A stretch of DNA of 64,000 bases from Parcubacteria group bacterium (GCA_041674205.1 JBAYWF010000006.1:410-64409), one strand, 5' to 3'; positions 8,569-17,646 are shown, counted from the first letter of the stretch. Notes: generated from the sequence alone by a model not told the origin. A program made the numbers and translations.

Positions 8569-10257
8569 TTATTGCTTGCGGATTTTTTCCGTCACCCAGA
8601 AATCGCCGAAATAATTTTTGGTCATAATCCGGGTTTGCGAATCGATAGCCGGCAAAGCGGAAAAGATCGCCACGACCGGAAACAGGATATATTGGAACAG
8701 CATATTGAAATAGCGCGTCCAGTGATATTTCTCCGGCTTAGGAGGCAATGACAGCATCGACAGCGGGATGGATATGAACATCCCCATCAAGGAAATCTGC
8801 ATCAGATATTGAGTGATGAGCGGCAAGTTATGCGCCAAAACGCTTGTGCGGAAAATTTCCCCGCCCAAAGCCAGCGGCAACCAACCCAGAAGAGCCAGCA
8901 CGAAAGCGGTGGTCGCCCAAGTGTAGTGCCCTTCCAACATCTCAAAAGCGATGCGCAATTTCATTTTCAACGGGATTTTTTTATTCGGCAGGATGGCGCG
9001 CATCGTCACCGGGAAATTCTCGACGCCATAGGCCCAGCGCCGGTTCTGCCGATATTGGTTTTTGATGGTTTTCCAATAAGTGTCGGCCAGCACCGCATCC
9101 AGCGAAATCGGCAGATGGATCGGATAGACTTCGTAATCGCCATCGAACATCGACAAACATTTCCAATAGATATTCGAATCTTCGCTGATGATGTTGACGG
9201 ACCAGAATCCGACTTTGACCAAAGTGTCGAACGGCTCGGAATGCGAAGAAAAAGTCACCATCTCGCGCCGCGTGCTTTGGTAGAGATGCCAGAACGACGA
9301 ACCGGTCACGATCATCCGCACGACCGCGTTGGTGTCCCACAAAGTGTTGTGATAGACCGGGATGGGCTGGTAGGCCCGCTGCAAACGCTTAGGCGTCGTG
9401 ATATAGGCGTAGGTCAGAGCGGCGAAATATTCCGGATGCGCCACGGAGTCGCAATCGAAATTGGAAAAAACGACCTTTTTATAATCGATCTGGCGCTCAT
9501 CCAGATAGGCCACCAATTTTTTGGCGGCATAGGTCGCGTTGGAAGCCTTGCATTTCATTTCACCGTCAGCCACCTGATGGGTGGTCACGATGAAGTCGCG
9601 GAAAACCCCTTGAAATTTTTTCTGCAAATATTCCACCTTCGGCAAGCGCGTTTCCGGATTTTCCCGTTCTTCCGTCCCGAGTACGACGATCATCTGGCTC
9701 TTGGGAAAATTGGCATCAGCCAAAGACTGGATGGCCGGTTCGATGATTTCCGCCGGTTCATTGGCGGTCGGCAAAAAAACCACATGCACTATGGAGCGCC
9801 AATCCCAAATTTCCGAAGCGATCGGAACTAATTTTTCCACTTCTTTCAAAAAGGCTTTTTCTTTTCCTATCCTGGACCTGACAGCCCGCCTGTTCCGAAT
9901 CTCAAAAAACGGCATTTCTTTCAAAGACGCCCGCATCGCTTGGATGCGCGCTTTCAAATCCGAGGCATATTTTTCCGGCTGGACGATATTCTGGCAACGC
10001 TCCCACCAATCGGTTTTCTTGCCTTCCACCATCTGGAAATGCCCTTTCAAAGAATAGTAGGTGATGAAGATTATCTTTAAAATGAAATAAATATCAAAAA
10101 CGATGATAGCGATAGCTGCTACGGTCGGGAAAAACCAAGACACGGTTATCATCAATATGAATGTCGACCAAGTCATCGCCCCGGGGATAACCTCAAAAAA
10201 GCGCTGTTTTTTGCGCTCTTGCGGGTCGGTAGTTTTTGGATCGGGAAATTTGAACAT
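8569..10257 (-). CDS. family 2 (GT-A) processive membrane glycosyltransferase, cellulose/chitin/hyaluronan-synthase-like
   Basis: 562 aa; multiple TM helices at both ends; D, DxD-like (DCDSVAH) and QxxRW (QNRRWAYG) motifs. Confidence 0.7.
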   Translation of the reverse strand: MFKFPDPKTTDPQERKKQRFFEVIPGAMTWSTFILMITVSWFFPTVAAIAIIVFDIYFILKIIFITYYSLKGHFQMVEGKKTDWWERCQNIVQPEKYASDLKARIQAMRASLKEMPFFEIRNRRAVRSRIGKEKAFLKEVEKLVPIASEIWDWRSIVHVVFLPTANEPAEIIEPAIQSLADANFPKSQMIVVLGTEERENPETRLPKVEYLQKKFQGVFRDFIVTTHQVADGEMKCKASNATYAAKKLVAYLDERQIDYKKVVFSNFDCDSVAHPEYFAALTYAYITTPKRLQRAYQPIPVYHNTLWDTNAVVRMIVTGSSFWHLYQSTRREMVTFSSHSEPFDTLVKVGFWSVNIISEDSNIYWKCLSMFDGDYEVYPIHLPISLDAVLADTYWKTIKNQYRQNRRWAYGVENFPVTMRAILPNKKIPLKMKLRIAFEMLEGHYTWATTAFVLALLGWLPLALGGEIFRTSVLAHNLPLITQYLMQISLMGMFISIPLSMLSLPPKPEKYHWTRYFNMLFQYILFPVVAIFSALPAIDSQTRIMTKNYFGDFWVTEKIRKQ

Positions 10258-10478
10258 ATATCGAGTTTATCAAACAGCATACCACTTTCAAGCCGGAAGG
10301 TCAACCGGCACAACAGCTATAAATAGCGGGTCTCTGCCATATATCTGCTTTGATTATACCACTAAATCCTACTGGATGAAAAACTTCACGCCCGAGAATC
10401 CATTTGGTGACGCGCGCTCTGGAATGCGCTGGCTGCGAGGACAAACCCTGGCAATATCTATGTGGACATCCGCTTTAC

Positions 10479-10507
10479 TTGACTAAATTACTGCACTATG
10501 CTAAAGT
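10479..10507 (+). promoter_or_regulatory. sigma70-like promoter (TTGACT-17-TAAAGT) immediately upstream of the yerC-like ATG; implies a leaderless or near-leaderless transcript
   Basis: -35 TTGACT at 10479-10484, 17-nt spacer, -10 TAAAGT at 10502-10507, ATG at 10514. Confidence 0.4.
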
Positions 10508-10513
10508 ACTACC

Positions 10514-10825
10514 ATGAATTGGAATAATAAGGAAAATAAACAGCTGCTCAAGGCTATTCTGTCGCTTAAAACCTCTGATGAGGCAAGGCGATTTTTGCGT
10601 GATTTAATGACTGAAAAAGAAATCAATGAGCTTGCTAAACGTTTGAAAGCCGCTGAAATGCTTGCTGGGAAAGTGTCATATTTGGCAATTGAAAAAGAAA
10701 CTGGTTTAAGTTCAACCACTATTGCTCGCGTTGCGAAGTGGCTGAAAGGAAAAGAAGGCGGATATAGGACAATTATCGATAAACTTCATCATGACCCTAT
10801 CCAATCACGGGGAGGGTTGTCTTGA
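10514..10825 (+). CDS. TrpR-like YerC/YecD family DNA-binding protein
   Basis: 103 aa; LKAILSLKTSDEARRFLRDLMTEKEINELAKRLKAAEMLAGKVSYLAIEKETGLSSTTIARVAKWL matches the YerC/YecD (Trp-repressor-related) signature, including the TGxSxxTIxRV helix-turn-helix. Confidence 0.8.
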   Translation: MNWNNKENKQLLKAILSLKTSDEARRFLRDLMTEKEINELAKRLKAAEMLAGKVSYLAIEKETGLSSTTIARVAKWLKGKEGGYRTIIDKLHHDPIQSRGGLS

Positions 10826-10855
10826 TGCATTTCTAAAGACTTAACATAAGGCCGA

Positions 10856-10886
10856 CCCCCTCCACGCTTGGAGGGGGTTTTCATTT
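10856..10886 (+). terminator. rho-independent terminator after the yerC-like gene
   Basis: CCCCCTCC-ACGCTT-GGAGGGGG followed by TTTTCATTT. Confidence 0.75.
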
Positions 10887-10938
10887 GCCTACCCATAATA
10901 GAACGGCAAAAAAATAGTTCTTTGAAAAAGGAGGATGC

Positions 10939-11841
10939 ATGGGAATCAACTTTTCTAATTTCGACATGGACAATTCCATTGTTGCCCCGATTATTTATGG
11001 CGAGAATCGCCATTCCACGACAAATAAGGGTGTCGTAATCTCTAGCGGGATAAGACAAGAACTCCAAAGTTTTTTGTCTGGCTTTAACGCTTCGATTGGC
11101 ATAGAACAAACGCCCTATTACCGAATTGACGCGTATTTCAATGAACAGAGATTATGGATACTCGAAATCAATGCGTCATTCGTGGATGGCTGGGGTACCG
11201 CGCTCAACCTTGCTCGCGCGAGCGGAATCGCCTTTGATCCAACGCCACTCGTTTTTCCAAGGCGGTTCGCGAGCGAGAGTAGCGCATACCTGCCAGAACT
11301 TCGTTTGTTCGTTTCAGAACTTGCCCATCTGGGTCTTCACGACCACGATGTTTGCGAGTGGAACGGAAACGGAGTTGATCCGATTTATGTCTACGGACGG
11401 ATTGGGTCAAAAGATCAACCGCATATCCTGCCTTACGATGGGCTCAGGTTGGACAACAAACTCAATCTCGGAATGTTCAGCAGGAGCTGGGATGGCGATG
11501 CGGTAAAAACTCCGCGACACTACATCAACCGCTTCGATTCGTGGGAAAAAGTTCCCCGGGAAACGGTTCTCAAGTTTTGCGACAAAGGAAGCGTGGAATG
11601 TGAGCGGGCGCGTCAAAGCGTCATACTCAAAAAACCCACGGGCAAAGCACGGTTTATTAAACAGTGCTACGATGCGGAAACGCTCATCGCCCAAGACATC
11701 GTGCGGCCGATGAAACAAGATGGAAATAACTGCCAGTTGATTATTTTCGCAATCGGCGACGAGCCGATTACTGGTTATGTGCAATATAGCCGGAGCGAAA
11801 TCATCAATGACAACTCCATTCATGGCCCCTTGCGAATCTAA
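10939..11841 (+). CDS. hypothetical protein (GC-rich gene; weak ATP-grasp-like LEINASF segment), function unknown
   Basis: 300-aa ORF with noticeably higher GC than its flanks; GGAGGATGCATG RBS; bracketed by terminators at 10856-10886 and 11850-11883. Confidence 0.55.
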   Translation: MGINFSNFDMDNSIVAPIIYGENRHSTTNKGVVISSGIRQELQSFLSGFNASIGIEQTPYYRIDAYFNEQRLWILEINASFVDGWGTALNLARASGIAFDPTPLVFPRRFASESSAYLPELRLFVSELAHLGLHDHDVCEWNGNGVDPIYVYGRIGSKDQPHILPYDGLRLDNKLNLGMFSRSWDGDAVKTPRHYINRFDSWEKVPRETVLKFCDKGSVECERARQSVILKKPTGKARFIKQCYDAETLIAQDIVRPMKQDGNNCQLIIFAIGDEPITGYVQYSRSEIINDNSIHGPLRI

Positions 11842-11849
11842 GCAACAAT

Positions 11850-11883
11850 GGGAACGCGTTCACGCGTTCCCATTGATCTTTTT
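11850..11883 (+). terminator. rho-independent terminator
   Basis: Perfect palindrome GGGAACGCG-TTCA-CGCGTTCCC, then ATTGATCTTTTT; overlaps the spurious upstream ATG at 11848. Confidence 0.65.
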
Positions 11884-11889
11884 AAAAAT

Positions 11890-12459
11890 ATGAAAACTAT
11901 AATATTCGATATTGACGGAACAATTACAAATATCTGGCCGATAGAAAAGTCGGTGCTTTTATACATGATCGATATAAAATTTGAAAAGGATATCGATAAA
12001 ATAAAATCATCCGGTATTTCCGATACATACAAGATTTTTCTCAAATTTTCTAATCGGAAAATGAGTAAGAAAAAGTACGCCTATTTTTATAATCAATCCT
12101 TTTCTGTTTTATTGAAAAAAGGCAAGTTGCCAATGCCTGAAAAATATTTCCTGGCTAAGTGGATTCTCATTAACAGAAATAAATATAACTTCGTTTATGC
12201 GACTGGCGGGCAACGATTGGAAACCTTGTATGCACTAAAAAGTCTTGGATTGATAAATTATTTTGATCTTGAAAATTCCACCGATAAAACAATTTGCCGT
12301 TTTTCAAAAAAGACAGGGATTCCTTTCAGGAAAATAAAATCAAAATTTAAAGATTGCGTTTTGGTCTCCGATAGTGAAAATGATTGTAAGGGAGCGGCTT
12401 TGGTGGAAATTCCGTTTATTTTAATACAGCCAAAACAAAATTATTTTGATTTAATTTGA
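11890..12459 (+). CDS. HAD-superfamily hydrolase
   Basis: Starts MKTIIFDIDGTIT (HAD motif I DxDGT); C-terminal VLVSDSENDCKGA (motif IV-like). The upstream ATG at 11848 lies inside the terminator hairpin, so 11890 is preferred. Confidence 0.7.
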   Translation: MKTIIFDIDGTITNIWPIEKSVLLYMIDIKFEKDIDKIKSSGISDTYKIFLKFSNRKMSKKKYAYFYNQSFSVLLKKGKLPMPEKYFLAKWILINRNKYNFVYATGGQRLETLYALKSLGLINYFDLENSTDKTICRFSKKTGIPFRKIKSKFKDCVLVSDSENDCKGAALVEIPFILIQPKQNYFDLI

Positions 12460-12509
12460 TTTCAGGTTATTTCCCATTCTTTTTAAAAAAATTTGGGCGG
12501 CGGAGAACA

Positions 12510-12534
12510 GTTCCGAAGGTTGAATCTTCAGAAC
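12510..12534. repeat. copy of dispersed hairpin repeat (GTTCCGAAGGTTGAATCTTCAGAAC)
   Basis: Near-identical to the 46697-46720 copy and inverted relative to 47548-47569. Confidence 0.6.
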
Positions 12535-12623
12535 CACCCAATCCCATTGGACGAAAAAACTTCCCATAAAAAAAGTTTTTGAATCACGCGGCTTATCTTG
12601 AAGGATGCCATTCACTTTTAAAA

Positions 12624-13787
12624 TTAGGCATAATCCGAATTTGATTCCTTCATATCATTTTTAGCGATCCCATCGAATATTTTTTCGAAATATTCCGGTC
12701 CTGTTTTTTCCATAAACTCGCGCGCGCTTCTAGAAAGTTCGCCTTTATGATAAGAGCGCAGCAGTTTCTTATAATGCTCCCGGGTGAATTTTTCGTCATA
12801 TTTCTTGATTCCGAGTTTTTCCATCTCAATGTCCAAAATTTGTTTCCGTACCAATCTTTCAGTCGACCATAGATCATATCCAATCACCTTTTTCCCTGTC
12901 GGGACATAGGAATCATTTAAAATCATTTTGGCTTTCCCCGTAATACCGAAATCGCCCCTGGTGCTTGCATGCAAAAATTCATGTTCAGCGACCTTGTCGG
13001 CGATATCGCTTTTTACGTCAGACAGTATGACGTTGTTTGTTTCCGCAACGTAGAAAGCCCCTTCGGCTGGCATAAAAGGCATGAAGTCGGTTTTGGCGGC
13101 GTTGACATTTCCAATCCTTTCCTCTTGGACTTTTCTCGCCTTTTCAATATCGCCATCAACTTCCAATATCAATCTATCCAGATACTGTGGACTGCTTATG
13201 TATTTCTCAACCTCTCTCCTTATTTCCTCCACTCTCGGCCTCGGATCCAATTCAGGCTCAGATTTCCACTTTTTTTCCGATATTTCCCTCACATCCTTCA
13301 TCGCTTCTTGAAAATTTTCAATCAGTTTTTCCTTGCTTATTTTTTCCTCCGTACCCGCGCTGACCCCTTGTCCAGAAATATTATCCGATGACAAGTCTCC
13401 CTCTCCATAGCCGGCATTTACCGGACTACCGAAATCCCCATCACCGGAAAAAGCCAGTGCCGACATACCGATCAGCATGGCATTCCTCATAGCATTTTTA
13501 AATTTCAATGCCCGGCTTCTTATGTCGGAAAGTTTTTCACTGATATCCAACTGTTTCTTGACGGTTTCCACCTCTTGCCGATCCAGGCCGGCAAATCGGT
13601 CGATTTCCGCCAATCGCCCATCTCCGTCATTATTCATCGCATCCAAATCAAGATCCATTTTCAAAACCGCTTCTTGCATGAATCGTTCCGGGCTGGCTCC
13701 TTTTTCTTCCAGTTTTTCAGCAGGCTCCCTCCTTGATTCCGACCATTGACCACCCTCCCTGCTGGACACTCCTTTTTCTTCAATCAT
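12624..13787 (-). CDS. hypothetical protein with HExxH motif (possible zinc metallopeptidase-like)
   Basis: 387 aa; acidic, low-complexity N-terminal half; VAEHEFLHAS (HExxH); extended -10 TGGTATAAT promoter about 170 nt upstream on the minus strand. Confidence 0.5.
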   Translation of the reverse strand: MIEEKGVSSREGGQWSESRREPAEKLEEKGASPERFMQEAVLKMDLDLDAMNNDGDGRLAEIDRFAGLDRQEVETVKKQLDISEKLSDIRSRALKFKNAMRNAMLIGMSALAFSGDGDFGSPVNAGYGEGDLSSDNISGQGVSAGTEEKISKEKLIENFQEAMKDVREISEKKWKSEPELDPRPRVEEIRREVEKYISSPQYLDRLILEVDGDIEKARKVQEERIGNVNAAKTDFMPFMPAEGAFYVAETNNVILSDVKSDIADKVAEHEFLHASTRGDFGITGKAKMILNDSYVPTGKKVIGYDLWSTERLVRKQILDIEMEKLGIKKYDEKFTREHYKKLLRSYHKGELSRSAREFMEKTGPEYFEKIFDGIAKNDMKESNSDYA

Positions 13788-14002
13788 ATTAAATAAGTTT
13801 CTTTCTTATTTCCTCCTTCTTTTTTTCTTCCAGCCTCTTGGCATACCCATCGATCAAATCATCTTGTTCCCTCCTGAATTCTGACAGTTTTTCTAAAAAA
13901 TATCCATAAATTTCCCGGATTCTCCTTGTTTTTTCGTTTCTTTTAATCATACCGATATTATACCATAAGCATGGCTTATTTCATTTTCGAATCCCTTGAC
14001 CG

Positions 14003-14037
14003 CAAAAAAACTTCCCGTTCAAGGAAGTTTTGTTCTT
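14003..14037. terminator. bidirectional rho-independent terminator
   Basis: AAACTTCC-CGTTCAA-GGAAGTTT with A-run upstream and TTTTGTTCTT downstream. Confidence 0.65.
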
Positions 14038-14038
14038 C

Positions 14039-14059
14039 GTACCGCCAAGGGGATTTCCG
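14039..14059 (-). repeat. partial duplicate of the tRNA-Glu 3' end (T-arm 3' half plus acceptor 3' strand, with the T-loop deleted)
   Basis: GTACCGCCAAGGGGATTTCCG; 17 nt identical to 14228-14244 at the 3' end of tRNA-Glu; att-like direct repeat or duplication scar. Confidence 0.6.
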
Positions 14060-14191
14060 TGTCGTCCGCGGCGGACTCCTTGTCCTGGGCAGCGCTGGAT
14101 GCTCGTTTGCTCGCATCCATCGGCGTTCGTCTGCGCCGAGGCGGCTTGTCTCACTGCTGCCCGTTCGAATCCCTCTTGTCGCTAGACAAAT
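14060..14191. ncRNA. GC-rich structured element of unknown function (candidate small RNA or integration remnant)
   Basis: About 65% GC in an AT-rich context; nested complementarity (GGGCAGC...GCTGCCC enclosing GGATGC...GCATCC and CGGCG...CGCCG hairpins); no credible ORF; bounded by terminator hairpins on both sides. Confidence 0.3.
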
Positions 14192-14227
14192 AAAAAATTC
14201 TAAGCGCAAGGCTTAGAATTTTCATTT
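14192..14227. terminator. bidirectional rho-independent terminator
   Basis: Perfect 10-bp stem AATTCTAAGC-GCAAG-GCTTAGAATT flanked by A-run and T-run. Confidence 0.75.
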
Positions 14228-14228
14228 G

Positions 14229-14303
14229 TACCGCCAAGGGGATTCGAACCCCTGATTTCCAGGATGAAAACCTGGCGTCCTGACCGGGCTAGACGATGGC
14301 GGC
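14229..14303 (-). tRNA. tRNA-Glu (anticodon UUC)
   Basis: Minus-strand sequence GCCGCCA...; anticodon arm CCAGG-TTTTCAT-CCTGG; T-arm AGGGG-TTCGAAT-CCCCT; acceptor 3' strand TGGCGGT plus A; CCA not encoded. Confidence 0.9.
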
Positions 14304-14406
14304 AAATTTTTCGATAACAGTAGGAATGATAGCATAGATTGGAAATAAATCAAGCGCCCGGCAAAAACCTGCCGGAAGCGCCTATTTCCCTAGCCTTCCC
14401 TAAAAA

Positions 14407-15078
14407 TCAGTTACTATCGCAACACTCGACCACCTCGACGTAAAACTTGGCGCTGTCATTGCCGTCCGCCTTGCCGACCGCCCAAAGAGGTTCGCCTTTT
14501 TCATATTTCTTATTAAGCGGGGAATCCCCGATATCCTTGATGTTTTCGAAATCCAAAATTTTCACGACACCGTCGCAGTCCCTGATCGTTACTTGGCCGC
14601 CGGAAGAGTCTATGATTTTGCCCATCACAGCCACCTCGCCCGGAATCGTTTTTTTAGACCATCCGCCCATAACATCTTCCGCGCCGGCGACCGCGAAAAA
14701 AGAACCCAACAGGAGCGTGACTGCCAACAAAGCAAGGACAGTTATATTGGAATCCATACATATGCCGCGCGACAAATCGAATTTATGGATTATGAAATTG
14801 GCCAGCACGATGGTTATGATAAAAAGGATGATGTAATCATACGGTAGCGTCAATAAGATTATCTTCAGCCCCGGCCAGCCGAACGCCATAAATTTCATAA
14901 CTCCGGTTTTTTTCAAAAAATACAGGAACGTGCTCAGCAAAAAAGCGCTTGCCAAAATTGACAGCGCCAAAACGCTTTCCAATCCCAATTTTTGAGCCAA
15001 AAAAAGGGAGGCGGGCCGCATCCGGATCTTTTTTTCCTTTATTTTCTGCATTATTTCCTGTTTCATCTTGTTTCTCAC
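14407..15078 (-). CDS. putative anti-sigma factor / membrane protein downstream of the ECF sigma
   Basis: 223 aa; basic N-terminus, three hydrophobic segments, C-terminal extracytoplasmic domain; 30-nt gap after the sigma gene (operon). Confidence 0.45.
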   Translation of the reverse strand: MRNKMKQEIMQKIKEKKIRMRPASLFLAQKLGLESVLALSILASAFLLSTFLYFLKKTGVMKFMAFGWPGLKIILLTLPYDYIILFIITIVLANFIIHKFDLSRGICMDSNITVLALLAVTLLLGSFFAVAGAEDVMGGWSKKTIPGEVAVMGKIIDSSGGQVTIRDCDGVVKILDFENIKDIGDSPLNKKYEKGEPLWAVGKADGNDSAKFYVEVVECCDSN

Positions 15079-15111
15079 TTAATTGATATATCCCCTCATT
15101 AGGATAAAAAC

Positions 15112-15756
15112 CTAGCCTGGCGGATTATTCCGATCGTTTATTTTTTCCATCTCTTCGGCCATTTTTTTCTTAGCCCTGTTGATCAGGGTTCCGACCGTAT
15201 TGACCGGCTTTTGCAAGATCTCGCTTATTTCTTCATATGATTTTTCCGAATAATACCGCAATATCAGGACCTGCTTGTATTTAATCGGCAACCTGTTGAT
15301 AGCTTCGTCAATTTCGCCTATCGCTTCTTTCCGAAGCCAGAGATTGTCAGCCCCGTCCTCCGCGCTATTGCTCGCCAATTTATCCTTAGTCGAGGTGATA
15401 TCTTCCCAAGAAATGAATTTTTTCAGTGATTTCCTTTTGATATAATTGACCGCTTCGTTATGGGCTATCCGATATATCCAGGAAGAGAATTTCCGCTCCG
15501 CATCGTAGCTTTGCATATTTTCAAAAGCCTTGATAAAGACGTTCTGCAACAAATCTTCCGCTTCCTCCCGGTTGCCGATCAACCGATAGAGATAGGCGAA
15601 CAGCTTGCCTTGGTACCTTTCGATGATCGCAGCGAACAGATCCACCTCCCCGGCCTGGATCAATTTGACCAACTGGTTGTCATCCAATCCGGCCTGCGCT
15701 TTTTCCGAAACCTTAAAATCGCCTATTTTGCTGATTTCCTCCACGCTGATTATCAA
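15112..15756 (-). CDS. ECF-type RNA polymerase sigma factor (sigma-70 family regions 2 and 4)
   Basis: 214 aa; region 2 (LLQNVFIKAFENMQSYD...FSSWIYRIAHNEAVNYIRK) and region 4 HTH (LPIKYKQVLILRYYSEKSYEEISEILQKPVNTVGTLINRAKKKM). Confidence 0.85.
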   Translation of the reverse strand: MIISVEEISKIGDFKVSEKAQAGLDDNQLVKLIQAGEVDLFAAIIERYQGKLFAYLYRLIGNREEAEDLLQNVFIKAFENMQSYDAERKFSSWIYRIAHNEAVNYIKRKSLKKFISWEDITSTKDKLASNSAEDGADNLWLRKEAIGEIDEAINRLPIKYKQVLILRYYSEKSYEEISEILQKPVNTVGTLINRAKKKMAEEMEKINDRNNPPG

Positions 15757-15865
15757 TTAATACTTATCACCGAAACTAATATTTCATTTGTGAATTATCT
15801 TGGAATCGAATACAATACCCATATATGATACCATAATTCGTCTTATGCCGGATCAGGCAAAAAAT

Positions 15866-16927
15866 ATGCATATTCTAGGAATAGAAACTTCTTGCGATGA
15901 AACCGCAGCCGCTATCATAAGAATAGATGAAAAAGACGGTTCTATCAAACCGTTATCCAATATCATTTCTTCCCAAATACTATTACACGCCCAATGGGGA
16001 GGCGTAGTGCCTAATCTGGCGGCGCGCGAGCATCTGCGCAATATCCTGCCAGTTGTGCAAGCCAGTCTGGTTGAAGCGGGCATCGGCAAGGAAAACGTCG
16101 ACCTTATCGCCGTCACCCAGGGGCCAGGACTCATCCCCGCTCTCCTTATAGGAACCAACACCGCCAAAACTATCGCCTACGCCTGGCAAAAGCCCCTATT
16201 GGGCATCCATCATATCGAAGGGCATATTTACGCCAATTTTATCGGCAAGGATCCTGCGGATATCGCTTTCCCCATCCTCTGTCTGGTCGTTTCCGGCGGA
16301 CACACGCAACTGGTGCTGATGAAAAAACATTTGGATTATGAGATAATCGGTGAGACGCAAGACGATGCCGTCGGCGAAGCCTTTGACAAGGTTGCCAGGA
16401 TCCTCGGACTTAGCTATCCGGGCGGACCGCTGATTTCAAAGTTAGCTGAAGAATTCAAACCGGAAAAATCCACTTTTCCGATCGAATTTCCCCGGCCGAT
16501 GATTGCCAGCAAAAATCTTAATTTTTCTTTTTCCGGCCTCAAGACATCCGTACTCTACCTTGTGAAAAAAAACCAGGACCGACTGGCCGATAAAGAATTC
16601 GTCCGGCAAGTCGCCTATGAATTCCAACAAGCCGTCATCGACGTCCTTCTGGCAAAAACCATTGCGGCCGCAAAAATCCATACGCCGAAAACTATCATGC
16701 TGGCCGGCGGGGTCAGCGCCAATACCCAGTTGCAGATTCAGCTTGGCAAGGCCGTTTCGGAACGGTTGGCCGGCACGGATTTTTCCTTTCCAGACCCTTC
16801 TTTCCAGTTGGATAACGCGGCTATGGTTGCTGCCGCCGCTTTCTTCAGGCAACAAAAAAACGGCCTCGATGATGCGCTGTTTTCCAATTGGAAAAATCTC
16901 AAAACCGATGCTAATTTAAAGTTATAA
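15866..16927 (+). CDS. tsaD: tRNA N6-adenosine threonylcarbamoyltransferase TsaD
   Basis: MHILGIETSCDETAAAI N-terminus; conserved HHIEGH and GGVSAN motifs of the Kae1/TsaD family; start set at MHIL rather than the upstream in-frame ATG. Confidence 0.9.
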   Translation: MHILGIETSCDETAAAIIRIDEKDGSIKPLSNIISSQILLHAQWGGVVPNLAAREHLRNILPVVQASLVEAGIGKENVDLIAVTQGPGLIPALLIGTNTAKTIAYAWQKPLLGIHHIEGHIYANFIGKDPADIAFPILCLVVSGGHTQLVLMKKHLDYEIIGETQDDAVGEAFDKVARILGLSYPGGPLISKLAEEFKPEKSTFPIEFPRPMIASKNLNFSFSGLKTSVLYLVKKNQDRLADKEFVRQVAYEFQQAVIDVLLAKTIAAAKIHTPKTIMLAGGVSANTQLQIQLGKAVSERLAGTDFSFPDPSFQLDNAAMVAAAAFFRQQKNGLDDALFSNWKNLKTDANLKL

Positions 16928-16941
16928 AAAAAACGAAACAC

Positions 16942-17505
16942 ATGGGATTCATCAAATCTTTTATCTTCGGCCTACTAGCCGCTTCGGGGGCGCTGTGCGT
17001 CGAGCTCCTTCTATCTAATTTGTATTATGTCGCATACGTAAAAGATATCGCAACGGATTATTCCACCAGCCTAACGATTTTCCTGCTTATCGTCGTGCTG
17101 ATCGAGGAAATTTTCAAATATATCCTACTGGTCAAATTATATTCCGCACCTGAAAGCCAGTCGCCAAAAATTTCCATGGCGCTTGTTTTCGGATTGGGTT
17201 TTTCCTTGGTTGAAATCCTTTTTTCCCTGAGCCAAACTCCTCCCTCCTATGGCGCCATCCTTGGCTTCCAATCGCTAGGCGCCCCCTTGCTGCATATCGC
17301 TACTGCCGGAATTATTGGTATGTTCATTCTTTCTTCAAAAAATATCCGGCCCGCACTGGTCATCGGCACGGCTTTCGGCTTGCATTCAACCTACAATCTT
17401 TTGGTAATATATGGCTGGAGCTACGCGATAATTTATTCGTATCTGGCCGCCGTTTTCCTGCTATTGGCCGCCCTCCGTCGCAGATCCGTCCGGACCAGGA
17501 TCTGA
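16942..17505 (+). CDS. multi-pass membrane protein, PrsW/CPBP-like intramembrane protease fold (tentative)
   Basis: 187 aa, about 5 TM helices; EEIFK (EExxK-like) and FGLHSTYN (HxxxN) motifs reminiscent of the CPBP/PrsW families. Confidence 0.4.
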   Translation: MGFIKSFIFGLLAASGALCVELLLSNLYYVAYVKDIATDYSTSLTIFLLIVVLIEEIFKYILLVKLYSAPESQSPKISMALVFGLGFSLVEILFSLSQTPPSYGAILGFQSLGAPLLHIATAGIIGMFILSSKNIRPALVIGTAFGLHSTYNLLVIYGWSYAIIYSYLAAVFLLLAALRRRSVRTRI

Positions 17506-17617
17506 TCATGGAGTTCTTATTTTTTAGGATTTGTATGCTTCCCGGATTGCCAATTTTTCCAAGACCCAGCCCTAGCGAGGATATCGTGAAATCAAGCAAA
17601 ACGTGCAAGTCTCATAT

Positions 17618-17646
17618 TTGCAAAATATGGCGCCTTCAATTATAAT
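17618..17646 (+). promoter_or_regulatory. near-consensus sigma70 promoter (TTGCAA-17-TATAAT) upstream of hsp20
   Basis: -35 at 17618-17623, 17-nt spacer, -10 TATAAT at 17641-17646, about 38 nt upstream of the ATG. Confidence 0.5.

Noticed and set aside
8809-9831. 340-aa plus-strand ORF inside the GT2 glycosyltransferase gene
   Set aside because: Antisense shadow ORF; Arg/His/Gly-rich composition, no start context, fully embedded in a gene with clear GT2 motifs.
11848-11889. Upstream ATG extending the HAD hydrolase ORF by 14 codons
   Set aside because: This ATG and the following codons lie inside the perfect terminator palindrome GGGAACGCGTTCACGCGTTCCC; the HAD motif I begins right after the downstream ATG.
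14038-14230. Possibility that the GC-rich block is a second tRNA, tmRNA, SRP RNA or RNase P RNA
   Set aside because: No cloverleaf can be built (no T-stem around the GTTCGAATC-like string), no tmRNA tag ORF or 3' CCA-ACCA end, no GGAA/AGCAGC SRP helix-8 signature, and it is too short for RNase P; kept only as an unassigned structured element.
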